Shown in pieces: positions 55,617 to 64,000 of a stretch of 64,000 nucleotides of DNA. Source of the DNA: an uncultured Anaerolineales bacterium (GTDB lineage: Bacteria; Chloroflexota; Anaerolineae; Anaerolineales; Villigracilaceae). The translations under genes and the position numbers were made by a program. Each line of letters begins with the position of its first letter. The stretch's first letter is position 1. The DNA lies in the NCBI GenBank assembly GCA_942492975.1, contig OW818655.1, positions 2,499,281 to 2,563,280 on the forward strand, written 5' to 3'. The notes under the pieces were generated by a model. It saw only the letters and a program-made list of their open reading frames with translations. It made no database searches and was not told the DNA's origin.

Positions 55617-55647
55617 AAAAATGGGCGACTCATCATCGCCCATTTTT
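55617..55647. terminator. Bidirectional terminator
   Basis: aaaatgggcga-ctcatca-tcgcccatttt. Confidence 0.85.
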
Positions 55648-55673
55648 GTTACCTACCTGCCAGAACATTTGTT

Positions 55674-56591
55674 CTAATTTATTCCCGCTTCATTTTTCAC
55701 TGATACCTGCTCCATTTCTTCAACCTGATCCTTCACTGGGAGTCGCTTCGTCCACACCAGCCAGGCGATGAATAAAGCCATGCCGATCCATGCGGTTGGT
55801 GCGGCAAGTGTGCCGCCGAACGCCATGTTGAAACCAGGTTGAAAAAACAAGAGCGGCAACCCAGCAATGGAATTGAATGCTGCATGCCCAAACGCCGCAA
55901 CCCATGGACTTTTTGTATTCAAGTACAGCCATGACAGGATGGTTCCCAGCAGCACGCACAAGACGATCATCATGAACACGCCCAACACGGGATAGCCCGG
56001 ATAATTATGTCCCTGCAAAATTGCAGGCGCATGCCATACGCCCCAAATGACACCACTGATCAACATGGCTTTCCATTGACCAAGCGGCAGCAACTGCGGA
56101 AGTAAAAATCCGCGCCAGCCTAATTCTTCGCCCATTGTAAAAAGTATATTGATGAAAGGAGCCAGTATGATCGCAAACAATGTCTGCACCAACACAATGA
56201 TGCCAACAGGAACTTCACTACCGCCCGCAGCAGAAGCCATGGCATCGCGGAGCATCGTGAAATTCAGATCCAGCTTCGCTATGCCAAATAGCAAAGTGAA
56301 CAAGCCGCCGACGATGGTCAACACGATCGGCAGGAACCATGCCCAAAGATAAAAACGTTTTGGTCCCAATGTATTCAAGCGCAAACTACTGAATGGTTTC
56401 TTTGCGATGAATAAAGTTGTGATGAGGGCAGCGATACCTGGACCCCACATGGCGACTGCCCAAAGTCCCTGAGTTGTCAATTGCTTTGTGGTCGCGTCCA
56501 TGTCACTGAATGCAAGTGGAGCAACGAACAGCGGCCACGAAAACAGAAATGTAATTATCAAATACCAGGTTAGAGATTTTCTTTCGATCAT
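55674..56591 (-). CDS. CPBP family intramembrane glutamic endopeptidase (CAAX protease/bacteriocin-processing family)
   Basis: EELGWRGFLLP, WHAP.. and FGHAAFN motifs. Confidence 0.85.
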   Translation of the reverse strand: MIERKSLTWYLIITFLFSWPLFVAPLAFSDMDATTKQLTTQGLWAVAMWGPGIAALITTLFIAKKPFSSLRLNTLGPKRFYLWAWFLPIVLTIVGGLFTLLFGIAKLDLNFTMLRDAMASAAGGSEVPVGIIVLVQTLFAIILAPFINILFTMGEELGWRGFLLPQLLPLGQWKAMLISGVIWGVWHAPAILQGHNYPGYPVLGVFMMIVLCVLLGTILSWLYLNTKSPWVAAFGHAAFNSIAGLPLLFFQPGFNMAFGGTLAAPTAWIGMALFIAWLVWTKRLPVKDQVEEMEQVSVKNEAGIN

Positions 56592-56827
56592 TTTTGCTCC
56601 TTGAAATATGTTGGCATCGAACGGCGGCGGATCGTTTCGCGAGTCAGCGGCCGCTTGGCTATGACGTTGATCTTGTTCGCGTTCTCAAGAATATGCGTGG
56701 AGACAACATCCCAACCTTCTTCACCCCATTCATTCAACAGTTGTTCCAACTCATCGGCTTTCACTCCAGACCAGAATGCACCAACGGTTTGCACGCGATA
56801 TTCCCATTGTTTGGTCTCTTCAGTCAT
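56588..56827 (-). CDS. DUF4177 domain protein
   Basis: WEYRV......ELEQLLNEWGEEGWDVV pattern. ATGA overlap with the CPBP gene. Confidence 0.75.
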   Translation of the reverse strand: MTEETKQWEYRVQTVGAFWSGVKADELEQLLNEWGEEGWDVVSTHILENANKINVIAKRPLTRETIRRRSMPTYFKEQK

Positions 56828-56913
56828 TTCAAACTCCTTCTTTTGTTGCAGAAACTCGTGAGCTACTTTTAACAGAAGCCACTACAGAGGCAGTTTTTCG
56901 GGGGTTTTTTACT

Positions 56914-56927
56914 GTTTCACGTGAAAC
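56914..56927. promoter_or_regulatory. Perfect palindrome GTTTCACGTGAAAC (copy 2), candidate operator
   Basis: 2 nt after the SdpI-like stop and 87 nt upstream of the DUF4177 start. An identical core occurs at 57611-57624. Confidence 0.45.
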
Positions 56928-56929
56928 TC

Positions 56930-57580
56930 TTACGCCTTCATTTCATTGCGATACAGCACATACGAATAGATCATAAGAAATAAACTGGACCCGATCAGTG
57001 GCACGAACATCAACCAGATGGCGGTCATGCCGCCAAAGAAACTTCCAGCGATGGCAAATGCTCCAGAAATCATGAACAGGACAGAGCCGATTTGATGCGT
57101 TTTGTCCCAGACGAAATCACTGGAGAGAGTCCAGGGAGTGCGTATCCCAATGAAGAAGTTGCGCTTGGCTTGCTTCAGCATGTAACCGATGGCGATAAAA
57201 AGAACACCCATGAACGGCAGCATGGCGGCGCTCATCTTGAAATCCTGATAGCCAAGACTCCAGACCAACGTCAACCCGTGGACGTAAAGCATGAAGGCAA
57301 CGATCAACACGATGAACATATTGAAGGTTCCACGGAATTGAGCAATGTTCGCCTTGAGCGGATCAATGCCTGGAACAAAGAGAAAGAGCAGGAACATCCC
57401 CGTGGTGATTAGCGGCATGAGCAGCACCCCCCAGAACCTGGAGATATATCCATCCACTTGATCGTCGGCATTCCAGTGGGATGCCATTTGGTCGGGCAAC
57501 TGATTCCACAACAGCGCACCTGCAACCAGCGCAATCGCGATCAGGGTCAATACAATAATGGAAGTAGTTCTAGTTGTCAT
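56930..57580 (-). CDS. SdpI/YhfL-family membrane protein with DUF1648 N-terminal region
   Basis: LPDQMASHWNADDQVDGY (DUF1648-like) plus four C-terminal TM helices (SdpI-like). Confidence 0.8.
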   Translation of the reverse strand: MTTRTTSIIVLTLIAIALVAGALLWNQLPDQMASHWNADDQVDGYISRFWGVLLMPLITTGMFLLFLFVPGIDPLKANIAQFRGTFNMFIVLIVAFMLYVHGLTLVWSLGYQDFKMSAAMLPFMGVLFIAIGYMLKQAKRNFFIGIRTPWTLSSDFVWDKTHQIGSVLFMISGAFAIAGSFFGGMTAIWLMFVPLIGSSLFLMIYSYVLYRNEMKA

Positions 57581-57608
57581 TCAATTTTCCTTTCGAGTTA
57601 CGTTTTGT

Positions 57609-57626
57609 ACGTTTCACGTGAAACGT
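57609..57626. promoter_or_regulatory. Perfect 18-bp palindrome ACGTTTCACGTGAAACGT (copy 1), candidate operator
   Basis: 29 nt upstream of the SdpI-like ATG, just after the SPFH hairpin. Confidence 0.45.
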
Positions 57627-57631
57627 CATTT

Positions 57632-57660
57632 ATTGGGACACGGCAATGCCGTGCCCCAAT
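57632..57660 (-). terminator. Hairpin after SPFH gene (weak T-run)
   Basis: attggggcacggc-att-gccgtgtcccaat on the minus strand (one mismatch). Confidence 0.45.
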
Positions 57661-57662
57661 GT

Positions 57663-58589
57663 TTATTTTTCTTTCGGCGCGTTGTTCTGCGCGAGCGAAA
57701 CCATACCGCTCATACCACCGAGATTCATCGTGTCCACCGCAGAGGATGGGACAATCACCAGCGCGCCTTTTTCCTTCAGGCCTTCGAAGAGCATGTTCAT
57801 GGCGCGCAAGTGCAGCGCGGTAGGATTGTTGATGTAGGACTGCGAGGCATCCGCGAAGGAAGCGGCGATCTGCTTTTCAGATTCACCAAGGATCACGCGC
57901 GCCTGGCGTTCACGTTCGGCCTGCGCCTGACGAGACATGGCATCTTCCAGATCCTGCGGGATCACAATGTCACGGATCTCCACCGACTGCACGGTTACAC
58001 CCCAGGGCGTTGTGCGCTCGTCTATCACAGCCTGCAATTCTTTATCGATGGCGCTGCGGCCAACCAGAATATCAGCCAGCATCTTCTTGCCGATAATGTC
58101 ACGTAACGCAGTCTGTGCGGCCCAGTCCACGGCGGCGCGGTAATCTTCAACTTCCAGCGCGGCCTTCTCGGCATCCCACACCACCCAAAACAATACAGCA
58201 TCCACGTCCACAGGAACAGTATCTTTTGTCAGTGTTTTCTGTGCAGCAAATGGCGTGACCATCACACGATGGTCGATCCACACGGCGGCACTATCCACGA
58301 TCGGGATGATCCAGAACAACCCTGGTCCCTTCAAACCGATGAACTTACCGAGTCGCAATACGATCACTTTTTGCCATTGCGAAGCAACCTTCATCGCGTA
58401 CATCAAATACGAACCGATCGTTGTCCAGCCCAAAACCCACGCACCCAACACAGCATTGGGGTATTTCCCTTCGCCAAGGATCGCACCCAACACTGCAATC
58501 ACAAGGAAGATTCCAAACAGTGTCCCTGCAATTGGCGGGATGTGTTGGTCATCTTTTTTGATTATCGAATTAAATAATTTTGTTTTCAT
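57663..58589 (-). CDS. SPFH/band-7 (stomatin-like) membrane protein
   Basis: N-terminal TM, then an SPFH core (..VDVDAVLFWVVWDAEKA.. ..ALRDIIG..) and a coiled ERERQARV segment. Confidence 0.9.
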   Translation of the reverse strand: MKTKLFNSIIKKDDQHIPPIAGTLFGIFLVIAVLGAILGEGKYPNAVLGAWVLGWTTIGSYLMYAMKVASQWQKVIVLRLGKFIGLKGPGLFWIIPIVDSAAVWIDHRVMVTPFAAQKTLTKDTVPVDVDAVLFWVVWDAEKAALEVEDYRAAVDWAAQTALRDIIGKKMLADILVGRSAIDKELQAVIDERTTPWGVTVQSVEIRDIVIPQDLEDAMSRQAQAERERQARVILGESEKQIAASFADASQSYINNPTALHLRAMNMLFEGLKEKGALVIVPSSAVDTMNLGGMSGMVSLAQNNAPKEK

Positions 58590-58612
58590 TTTTATATTCT
58601 CCTGATTAATGG

Positions 58613-59032
58613 TTATTCACTATCTTCATCGTTCGCTTCTTTCCACGCCTTCAAACTGTCTCTCACCATCTGGCTGACTTCACGCTCTGAGAAACCCAAC
58701 CGAAATGCCTCGTTGAGGAATCGGTGTGTAAGCGCAGACAACGATTCATGTCTCAACTTTTCACTGACCTCTGGTGGAGGGATTTCAGTGATGTAGGTAC
58801 CGCGTCCTTGTTGTGTGGATATGATGCGTGCTTCATCTAACATACGATAGGCACGCGCCACGGTGTTGAAGTTGACACGTAGCTCCTGCGCCAATGCGCG
58901 CACCGTTGGCAACTGATCACCAGGTTTCAGGATTCCATTTACCAACTGGCTTTGGATCTGGTTGACGATCTGAGTGTAGATGGGCAGGCCCGAATGCGAA
59001 TCAAGCTGCAGGGTTAGCTTCTTCTCTGTCAT
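58613..59032 (-). CDS. GntR family (short, YtrA-like) transcriptional regulator
   Basis: PGDQLPTVRALAQELRVNFNTVARAYRMLDE winged HTH. 139 aa. Confidence 0.9.
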   Translation of the reverse strand: MTEKKLTLQLDSHSGLPIYTQIVNQIQSQLVNGILKPGDQLPTVRALAQELRVNFNTVARAYRMLDEARIISTQQGRGTYITEIPPPEVSEKLRHESLSALTHRFLNEAFRLGFSEREVSQMVRDSLKAWKEANDEDSE

Positions 59033-59044
59033 ACGCGCTCCTTA

Positions 59045-59076
59045 TATTGTACTAATTGTATCATTGTACTAATTGT
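59045..59076. promoter_or_regulatory. Direct repeat ATTGTACTAATTGTA x2 (17-bp period) directly upstream of the GntR gene
   Basis: Exact 15-bp units at 59045-59059 and 59062-59076. On the minus strand they give four TACAAT hexamers. Confidence 0.4.
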
Positions 59077-59313
59077 AACTATTAAACGGATTTTGTCAAG
59101 CAGGAACAACCAGCCCCCTGTTACAGCGTGGACAATGCTCCTGTTGCAGAATCAGATTTCAGTTAAGAATGAAGCGCGCGCCTGCATATAGTCCTCTTAT
59201 CCTTTAAATATGTCTGCATGGTAGAATTTATAAAGTACTGCGCGATTTATAAAATCAAAATAATAAAAATATGCGACGGGCAGTATCCGCATTAAATATA
59301 GGAGCATAAAATA

Positions 59314-60201
59314 ATGGAATCGAAAACTGGTACGTGGACTGAGAAAAAAGGTTTGGCCCAAATGTTAAAAGGCGGCGTCATCATGGATGTGGTGAATGCC
59401 GAGCAAGCCAGGATCGCAGAAGAAGCGGGCGCGTGTGCGGTGATGGCGTTGGAACGCGTCCCTGCGGATATTCGCGCAGACGGCGGCGTGGCACGCATGT
59501 CTGACCCTGACATGATCTTGAAGATCATGGATGCAGTCAGTATTCCTGTGATGGCGAAGTGCCGTATTGGTCATTTTGTGGAAGCACAGATTTTGCAATC
59601 ACTCGGTGTGGATTACATCGACGAATCTGAAGTACTTACCCCTGCTGATGAAGAACATCATATCTTGAAGCACAACTTCAAAGTTCCATTCGTTTGCGGA
59701 TGCCGTAATATCGGCGAGGCTTTGCGCCGCATTGGCGAAGGCGCAGCGATGATCCGCACCAAGGGTGAGGCTGGTACTGGTGACGTGGTTGAAGCTGTGC
59801 GCCATGCACGCAGTGTGATCGGTTCGATCCGCCAGTTGCAGACCATGGGCGATGAAGAGTTGATGACCTTTGCCAAGCTCAACGGCGCGCCGTATGATCT
59901 GGTGAAAGAAGTAAAAGAGACGGGTCGTATGCCCGTTGTGAATTTCGCGGCTGGCGGCGTAGCCACCCCCGCAGATGCGGCGTTGATGATGCAGCTCGGC
60001 GTGGACGGTGTGTTCGTTGGCTCTGGTATCTTCAAGAGCGGTGACCCTGCCAAACGTGCAGCCGCCATTGTGAAATCAGTGACCCATTACATGGATGCGT
60101 CCATTCTTGCGGAAGTTAGCCGAAACCTCGGTGAGGCCATGGTGGGACGTAACGTTTCACAGATGCCCGAAGGCGAGAAATTGGCGGGACGTGGTTGGTA
60201 A
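59314..60201 (+). CDS. pdxS: Pyridoxal 5'-phosphate synthase lyase subunit
   Basis: [21 protein letters not shown]..., and the GEAGTG motif. Confidence 0.95.
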   Translation: MESKTGTWTEKKGLAQMLKGGVIMDVVNAEQARIAEEAGACAVMALERVPADIRADGGVARMSDPDMILKIMDAVSIPVMAKCRIGHFVEAQILQSLGVDYIDESEVLTPADEEHHILKHNFKVPFVCGCRNIGEALRRIGEGAAMIRTKGEAGTGDVVEAVRHARSVIGSIRQLQTMGDEELMTFAKLNGAPYDLVKEVKETGRMPVVNFAAGGVATPADAALMMQLGVDGVFVGSGIFKSGDPAKRAAAIVKSVTHYMDASILAEVSRNLGEAMVGRNVSQMPEGEKLAGRGW

Positions 60202-60207
60202 ATAACA

Positions 60208-60257
60208 GACGACGGACGATGGACCATGATTAAATTTATGGTCCGCTATCCGTCGTC
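60208..60257 (+). other. Intercistronic stem-loop between pdxS and pdxT
   Basis: 9-bp gacgacgga/tccgtcgtc plus 7-bp ggaccat/atggtcc helices separated by a 4x4 internal loop. Confidence 0.6.
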
Positions 60258-60269
60258 ATTGGTTCAATT

Positions 60270-60848
60270 ATGAAAATCGGAGTCCTCGCCTTACAAGGCG
60301 ACTTTGCAGAACACATCTCCATGCTCAAGAAGATCGGCGTGGAAACCGTTGAAGTGCGTTTACCAAAACATCTCGATGGCGTGGATGGGCTGATCATCCC
60401 TGGAGGCGAATCCACGACCATTGGCAAGCTTGCAGTCATTTACGAGCTGATGGAACCATTGAAGGAATTTGGCAAAAGTCATGCCATTTGGGGAACGTGC
60501 GCAGGCGCGATCTTTCTTTCAAAAGATATTGGCCGCGACCAACCCCTGCTGGGATTAATGGATATCAAAGTGCAGCGCAACGCCTTTGGACGGCAGGTCG
60601 ATTCTTTCGAAACCGATCTCGAAATTGACGAGTTGTTCAAAGCCACAGGCACAGAGCATCCTTATCATGCGGTCTTCATCCGTGCACCGATCATTGAATC
60701 GGTTGGCGCAAAAGTGAAGGTACTGGCTGCGCTGGAAGATGGCCGCATCATCGCGGCGCAGGAAGGCAAATTGCTGGCCACATCTTTTCACCCAGAGTTG
60801 ACAGGCGATACACGTTTTCACGAGTATTTTATTTCGCTGGCTTCGTAG
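60270..60848 (+). CDS. pdxT: Pyridoxal 5'-phosphate synthase glutaminase subunit
   Basis: MKIGVLALQGDF.EH, GTCAG nucleophile, FHPEL. Confidence 0.95.
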   Translation: MKIGVLALQGDFAEHISMLKKIGVETVEVRLPKHLDGVDGLIIPGGESTTIGKLAVIYELMEPLKEFGKSHAIWGTCAGAIFLSKDIGRDQPLLGLMDIKVQRNAFGRQVDSFETDLEIDELFKATGTEHPYHAVFIRAPIIESVGAKVKVLAALEDGRIIAAQEGKLLATSFHPELTGDTRFHEYFISLAS

Positions 60849-60918
60849 GGGCAGGGCTTGTCCCTGCTCCTTTTCAAATGAAGAATAAAGGGCGGCCACA
60901 AGCGCCGCCCACAAACAA

Positions 60919-61836
60919 ATGACCATACGTCCGCTTGACCTGCTCGATCTGCCGATCATTGCACGCTATCGAAATGATGTACTAACCCTCGATAGCGCGC
61001 GTGCTCTCACGCGTGGGCATCCCCTGGGAGCAATGGGCTTGCTGGCGTACATCAACCCTTCGCGCCATTTATATGCGGCCATCGATAATGACCGCGAGTC
61101 CGCGCTGCTGGGCGGGGTGATCCACACATACGGGGATACATTTGCAAAACTTCTCTATCTTGCGCCTTCCTACAATTTAAGTGACCCGCAATTGCCCGCC
61201 CTGATCGAGCATCTCTCCATGCAGGCGGGTGCGTGGAAAGCATTTCACGTCATCGCAGAAGTGGACGAGACGAGTGACGTTTTCCCTGCACTGCGCATGG
61301 CAGGCTTCTCCGTCTACGCATGGCAAAGGCTGTGGGATGTGAGTCTGCTTGAGAAAACAGGAACAGATCACGGCGAAGGATGGAGGCGCGTGCAATCTGT
61401 CGATATGCCCGCGGTGCAGAGTCTGCATTATCAGATCGTGCCGCCGTTGCTGCATCCTGTTGAACCTGCGCCAGGCCGCGTGGTTGGGTTTGTGCACAGG
61501 GGCATCAAGTGCTACGCAAATATCACAGCGGGAATGTATGGCATTGTTCTAACGCCGCTTATTCATCCTGAAGAACATGATGTCAGCGCGAAGATCAGCA
61601 CCCTCTTGCAAAGCCTGCCAGACCGCCGCGGACGGCGCGTGTATTTAAATGTACGCTCGTACCAAACCTGGCTCGAACCCGTGCTTGCAGATCTTGGCGC
61701 GCAGGCTTCCAATCGGCAGGCTGTAATGGTGAAACATTTAACACGATTAATTAAAGATGGAAAAACAGCGCGGGTTGTTCCAACGAATGTTGGAGTGCAA
61801 CCTTCGCGTATCAGTAGAATGGATCTGGATGAGTAG
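60919..61836 (+). CDS. Hypothetical protein (305 aa; possible GNAT-like fold)
   Basis: ORF track. 8-nt overlap (ATGAGTAG) with the next ORF. Confidence 0.55.
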   Translation: MTIRPLDLLDLPIIARYRNDVLTLDSARALTRGHPLGAMGLLAYINPSRHLYAAIDNDRESALLGGVIHTYGDTFAKLLYLAPSYNLSDPQLPALIEHLSMQAGAWKAFHVIAEVDETSDVFPALRMAGFSVYAWQRLWDVSLLEKTGTDHGEGWRRVQSVDMPAVQSLHYQIVPPLLHPVEPAPGRVVGFVHRGIKCYANITAGMYGIVLTPLIHPEEHDVSAKISTLLQSLPDRRGRRVYLNVRSYQTWLEPVLADLGAQASNRQAVMVKHLTRLIKDGKTARVVPTNVGVQPSRISRMDLDE

Positions 61837-62149
61837 CTGGTTTAGATATAAAGAAGGACGAAACGTTGGCAAGGTTGGAGCCGAAGGCAATGTAACCCTG
61901 CTCGATGAAGAACATCCGCAGGGTGTGCGCATGACCTTGAAACGTGGCGACAATTACGTTTCGGTGTCCTGCAATATTTACGGCTGGATCGATCACACGC
62001 GTTTCTTCGTTAAGGTTCCTGAAGCCATCCGTGAATATCGCGTCATGAAAGTGGCGGCTGAAAATATAGTAGAACTTGCAAAATCCAGCGACTCCAACAA
62101 GATCAAGGTTTGGGAAGCAATTTCAGAATTCGTAAGGCGGTTTCCATAA
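61829..62149 (+). CDS. Hypothetical protein (106 aa)
   Basis: Track ORF trimmed to MSSWFRYKEG. TAATG overlap with the HAD gene. Confidence 0.5.
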   Translation: MSSWFRYKEGRNVGKVGAEGNVTLLDEEHPQGVRMTLKRGDNYVSVSCNIYGWIDHTRFFVKVPEAIREYRVMKVAAENIVELAKSSDSNKIKVWEAISEFVRRFP

Positions 62150-62817
62150 TGTTGAAAGCACTTATATTTGATTTCGACGGGTTGATCCTCGACACCGAGA
62201 CACCCGAAGTTTCGGTTTGGCAATCGATCTACAACGAACATGGATTTGAATTACCTGTGCATGAATGGGAAAAAACGATCGGCGGATACGGCATCTCAAG
62301 CTTTGACGCGGCGGAACATCTCGCGCTTCTTTCTTCGGGACGGCTGGACCCTGTTTCTTCGAGAGCTCACTACCGAAAAGCAGTGGACGCGATCATTCAC
62401 GCCAACCCCATCCTACCTGGCGTGGTGGATATTATCGAGCAGGCGCGCGAACAAGGCGTGCAGGTTGCGATCGGCTCCAGTTCACCGCATTCATGGGTGG
62501 ACGCACATGCCAAAAGACTTGGCATCTTCCATTATTTCAAGCATATAATTTGTCAGGATGATGTAGCCCCAGGCAGAACCAAGCCCAACCCCGATATCTA
62601 CCTGAAGGCGCTGGAGCGGCTGCGGGTTCAAAACACAGAAGCGGTGATCTTTGAAGATTCTCTCAATGGTGTCGAAGCTGCGCGCCGTGCGGGTATTTTC
62701 GTGGTGGCGGTTCCCAATCCATTAACTGCAAAAATGGGTGTTAAAGGCGATATCACCGTCTCGTCGATTGCTGCATTAACACTGCGCGATCTACAAAATC
62801 ACTTAATGACAACTTAA
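62149..62817 (+). CDS. HAD family hydrolase (beta-phosphoglucomutase-like subfamily IA)
   Basis: MLKALIFDFDGLILDTE (DxDG motif I), ..GSSS.., ..FEDS.NG...A..AG. Confidence 0.85.
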   Translation: MLKALIFDFDGLILDTETPEVSVWQSIYNEHGFELPVHEWEKTIGGYGISSFDAAEHLALLSSGRLDPVSSRAHYRKAVDAIIHANPILPGVVDIIEQAREQGVQVAIGSSSPHSWVDAHAKRLGIFHYFKHIICQDDVAPGRTKPNPDIYLKALERLRVQNTEAVIFEDSLNGVEAARRAGIFVVAVPNPLTAKMGVKGDITVSSIAALTLRDLQNHLMTT

Positions 62818-62859
62818 GTAAAGATAACGTGTTACTACTTTAAATATTCGGAGAAATAC

Positions 62860-64000
62860 ATGGCAGGAAGCAAGTTCAAACTTGCCGGGGTCGCAGTCTT
62901 GGTTATTCTGACAGCAGCCGCGGCATTAATGTTTTCAAGGAAAGACCCATCAGAAAATATTAACGCGCCTGTTCAAGGCACTCCTGCTGAGTCAATCAGC
63001 ACGCCCATCCCCGTCATCCCGGAAACCATTGAAATTCCCGATAGCCCGCTAAAACAGTCTGTGATCGCCGCGGGAGATTATCTTGTTCGACAGCAAATTT
63101 CAAACGGCGAGTTATCCTATCAAGTGGATTTCATGACAGGTGCACGTGAATATTCGCCATCCTACATCCGCCTGATCGCAGGGACGGGCTCTCTCTTCAC
63201 CGTCTGCAGAATTTCAGACGATACCCAATATTGTGAAGCTGGCGATCTGGCCCTCGATCAATATCTTGAACTGCTGGTTTCTGACCCGAAACGATTTACG
63301 GGAATATGCCTGTACACCAACGGAAACTGTCCGCTTGGCGGCAGCGCCCTGGCCGTGGATGCGATCTACAAACGCTGGCAGGCTACTGGCAATTTCACAC
63401 TCGGCAATCGAGACCTGTTGAACACCGCAAAAAACCTCGGCTACTTCATCCTGTCCATGCGAAAACCAGAGGGCGGCTTTTACCATTCCTACGATCCACA
63501 CTACGGCGGCACCGTGGACGCAGATTACTTCGTCACCTATTTCCCTGGCGAAAGCCTGCTCGCATTAATGGAGCTCTACGAAATGACGGGCAATGTATTC
63601 TGGCTGGCACAGGCACAGGATATCAACGCCTACATGCTCACCCAGCCAGTGACGGAAGATCACTGGCACAGCTACGCATTGAACATGTTCGCTCGGCTCG
63701 ATACGATCTCGCCAGCCGACAAAAACTACTCAAAGCAAATTGCGGATACAATTATTGCCGGGCAGGTGCGTTCTCTTAATCCCGTAAACACCAGCATTTC
63801 CACAGCCACAAAAGTTGAGTCTCTGGCGGCGCTGGCGCAAACATTCTATTATTCGAATGAAGAATATGAATGGCTGGATTCCGAGATACGCACCTTTATT
63901 ACATTCGTACGTGCCCGCCAACTGCCAGATAACGATTGCAACTGGGATATCGGCGCAGAAATGCAGGATATCTTCGGAGGCGGCATCTTTAGCAATTGTG
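62860..64000 (+). CDS. Membrane-anchored protein with terpenoid-cyclase/prenyltransferase-like (alpha/alpha toroid) repeats, 3' end cut by window
   Basis: Own translation shows 380 codons without a stop. Absent from the ORF track because it is edge-truncated. SD GGAGA, N-terminal TM LAGVAVLVILTAAAALMF, and QW-like segments (QQISNGELSY, RKPEGGFYHSYD). Confidence 0.6.
   Translation, partial: MAGSKFKLAGVAVLVILTAAAALMFSRKDPSENINAPVQGTPAESISTPIPVIPETIEIPDSPLKQSVIAAGDYLVRQQISNGELSYQVDFMTGAREYSPSYIRLIAGTGSLFTVCRISDDTQYCEAGDLALDQYLELLVSDPKRFTGICLYTNGNCPLGGSALAVDAIYKRWQATGNFTLGNRDLLNTAKNLGYFILSMRKPEGGFYHSYDPHYGGTVDADYFVTYFPGESLLALMELYEMTGNVFWLAQAQDINAYMLTQPVTEDHWHSYALNMFARLDTISPADKNYSKQIADTIIAGQVRSLNPVNTSISTATKVESLAALAQTFYYSNEEYEWLDSEIRTFITFVRARQLPDNDCNWDIGAEMQDIFGGGIFSNC

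Noticed and set aside
1-64000. Mobile elements, prophage or defence systems (transposase, integrase, restriction-modification, toxin-antitoxin pairs).
   Set aside because: No ORF showed recognisable motifs of these families. The only mobility-like signals are small non-coding repeats and the compositional shift at 21.2-23.3 kb.

Overview
This is a 64-kb bacterial chromosomal window. The protein families give a Chloroflexota/Anaerolineae-like impression, but there is no rRNA and I cannot verify the taxon. I support about 60 protein genes, one tRNA-Leu(CAA), and many hairpin terminators. I saw no rRNA, CRISPR array, transposase or integrase.

Housekeeping blocks:
- glgC, ychF, lipA and dnaN
- two M3B oligoendopeptidase F paralogs
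- pstSCAB
- an Rrf2 regulator divergent from cysK-cysE
- pyrE-(unknown ORF)-pyrD
- enoyl-CoA hydratase, gdh and gcdH
- pdxST

Accessory-looking blocks:
- A co-directional island (8.8-20.4 kb) of DNA-damage, xenobiotic and DUF genes: 5'-3' exonuclease, MFS, BBE-type FAD oxidase, short UvrA paralog, MarR, AlkD-like protein, four DUF1801, DUF1697 and DUF1905.
- A visibly AT-richer TPR + PD40 two-gene insert with conserved upstream elements.
- Two paralogous secreted beta-helix repeat proteins.
- A GntR-SPFH-SdpI-DUF4177-CPBP cluster with a shared perfect palindrome.

The ORF track has two limits. It gives maximal ATG/GTG/TTG extensions, so I trimmed many starts using SD motifs or homolog N-termini. 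It also omits ORFs cut by the window edge and ORFs under 60 aa.

That omission hides a protein of at least 789 aa (nt 1-2370, minus strand) with a zinc ribbon and about 18 'DWL' motifs. It is the last gene of a translationally coupled four-gene membrane operon. A partial alpha/alpha-toroid-like gene at 62860-64000 is hidden the same way.

The most interesting observation is a rhodanese-like lipoprotein gene whose frame continues straight through a TGA in the catalytic-loop region. A SECIS-like hairpin lies downstream, making it a candidate selenoprotein. The alternative is a nonsense mutation or a sequencing error.
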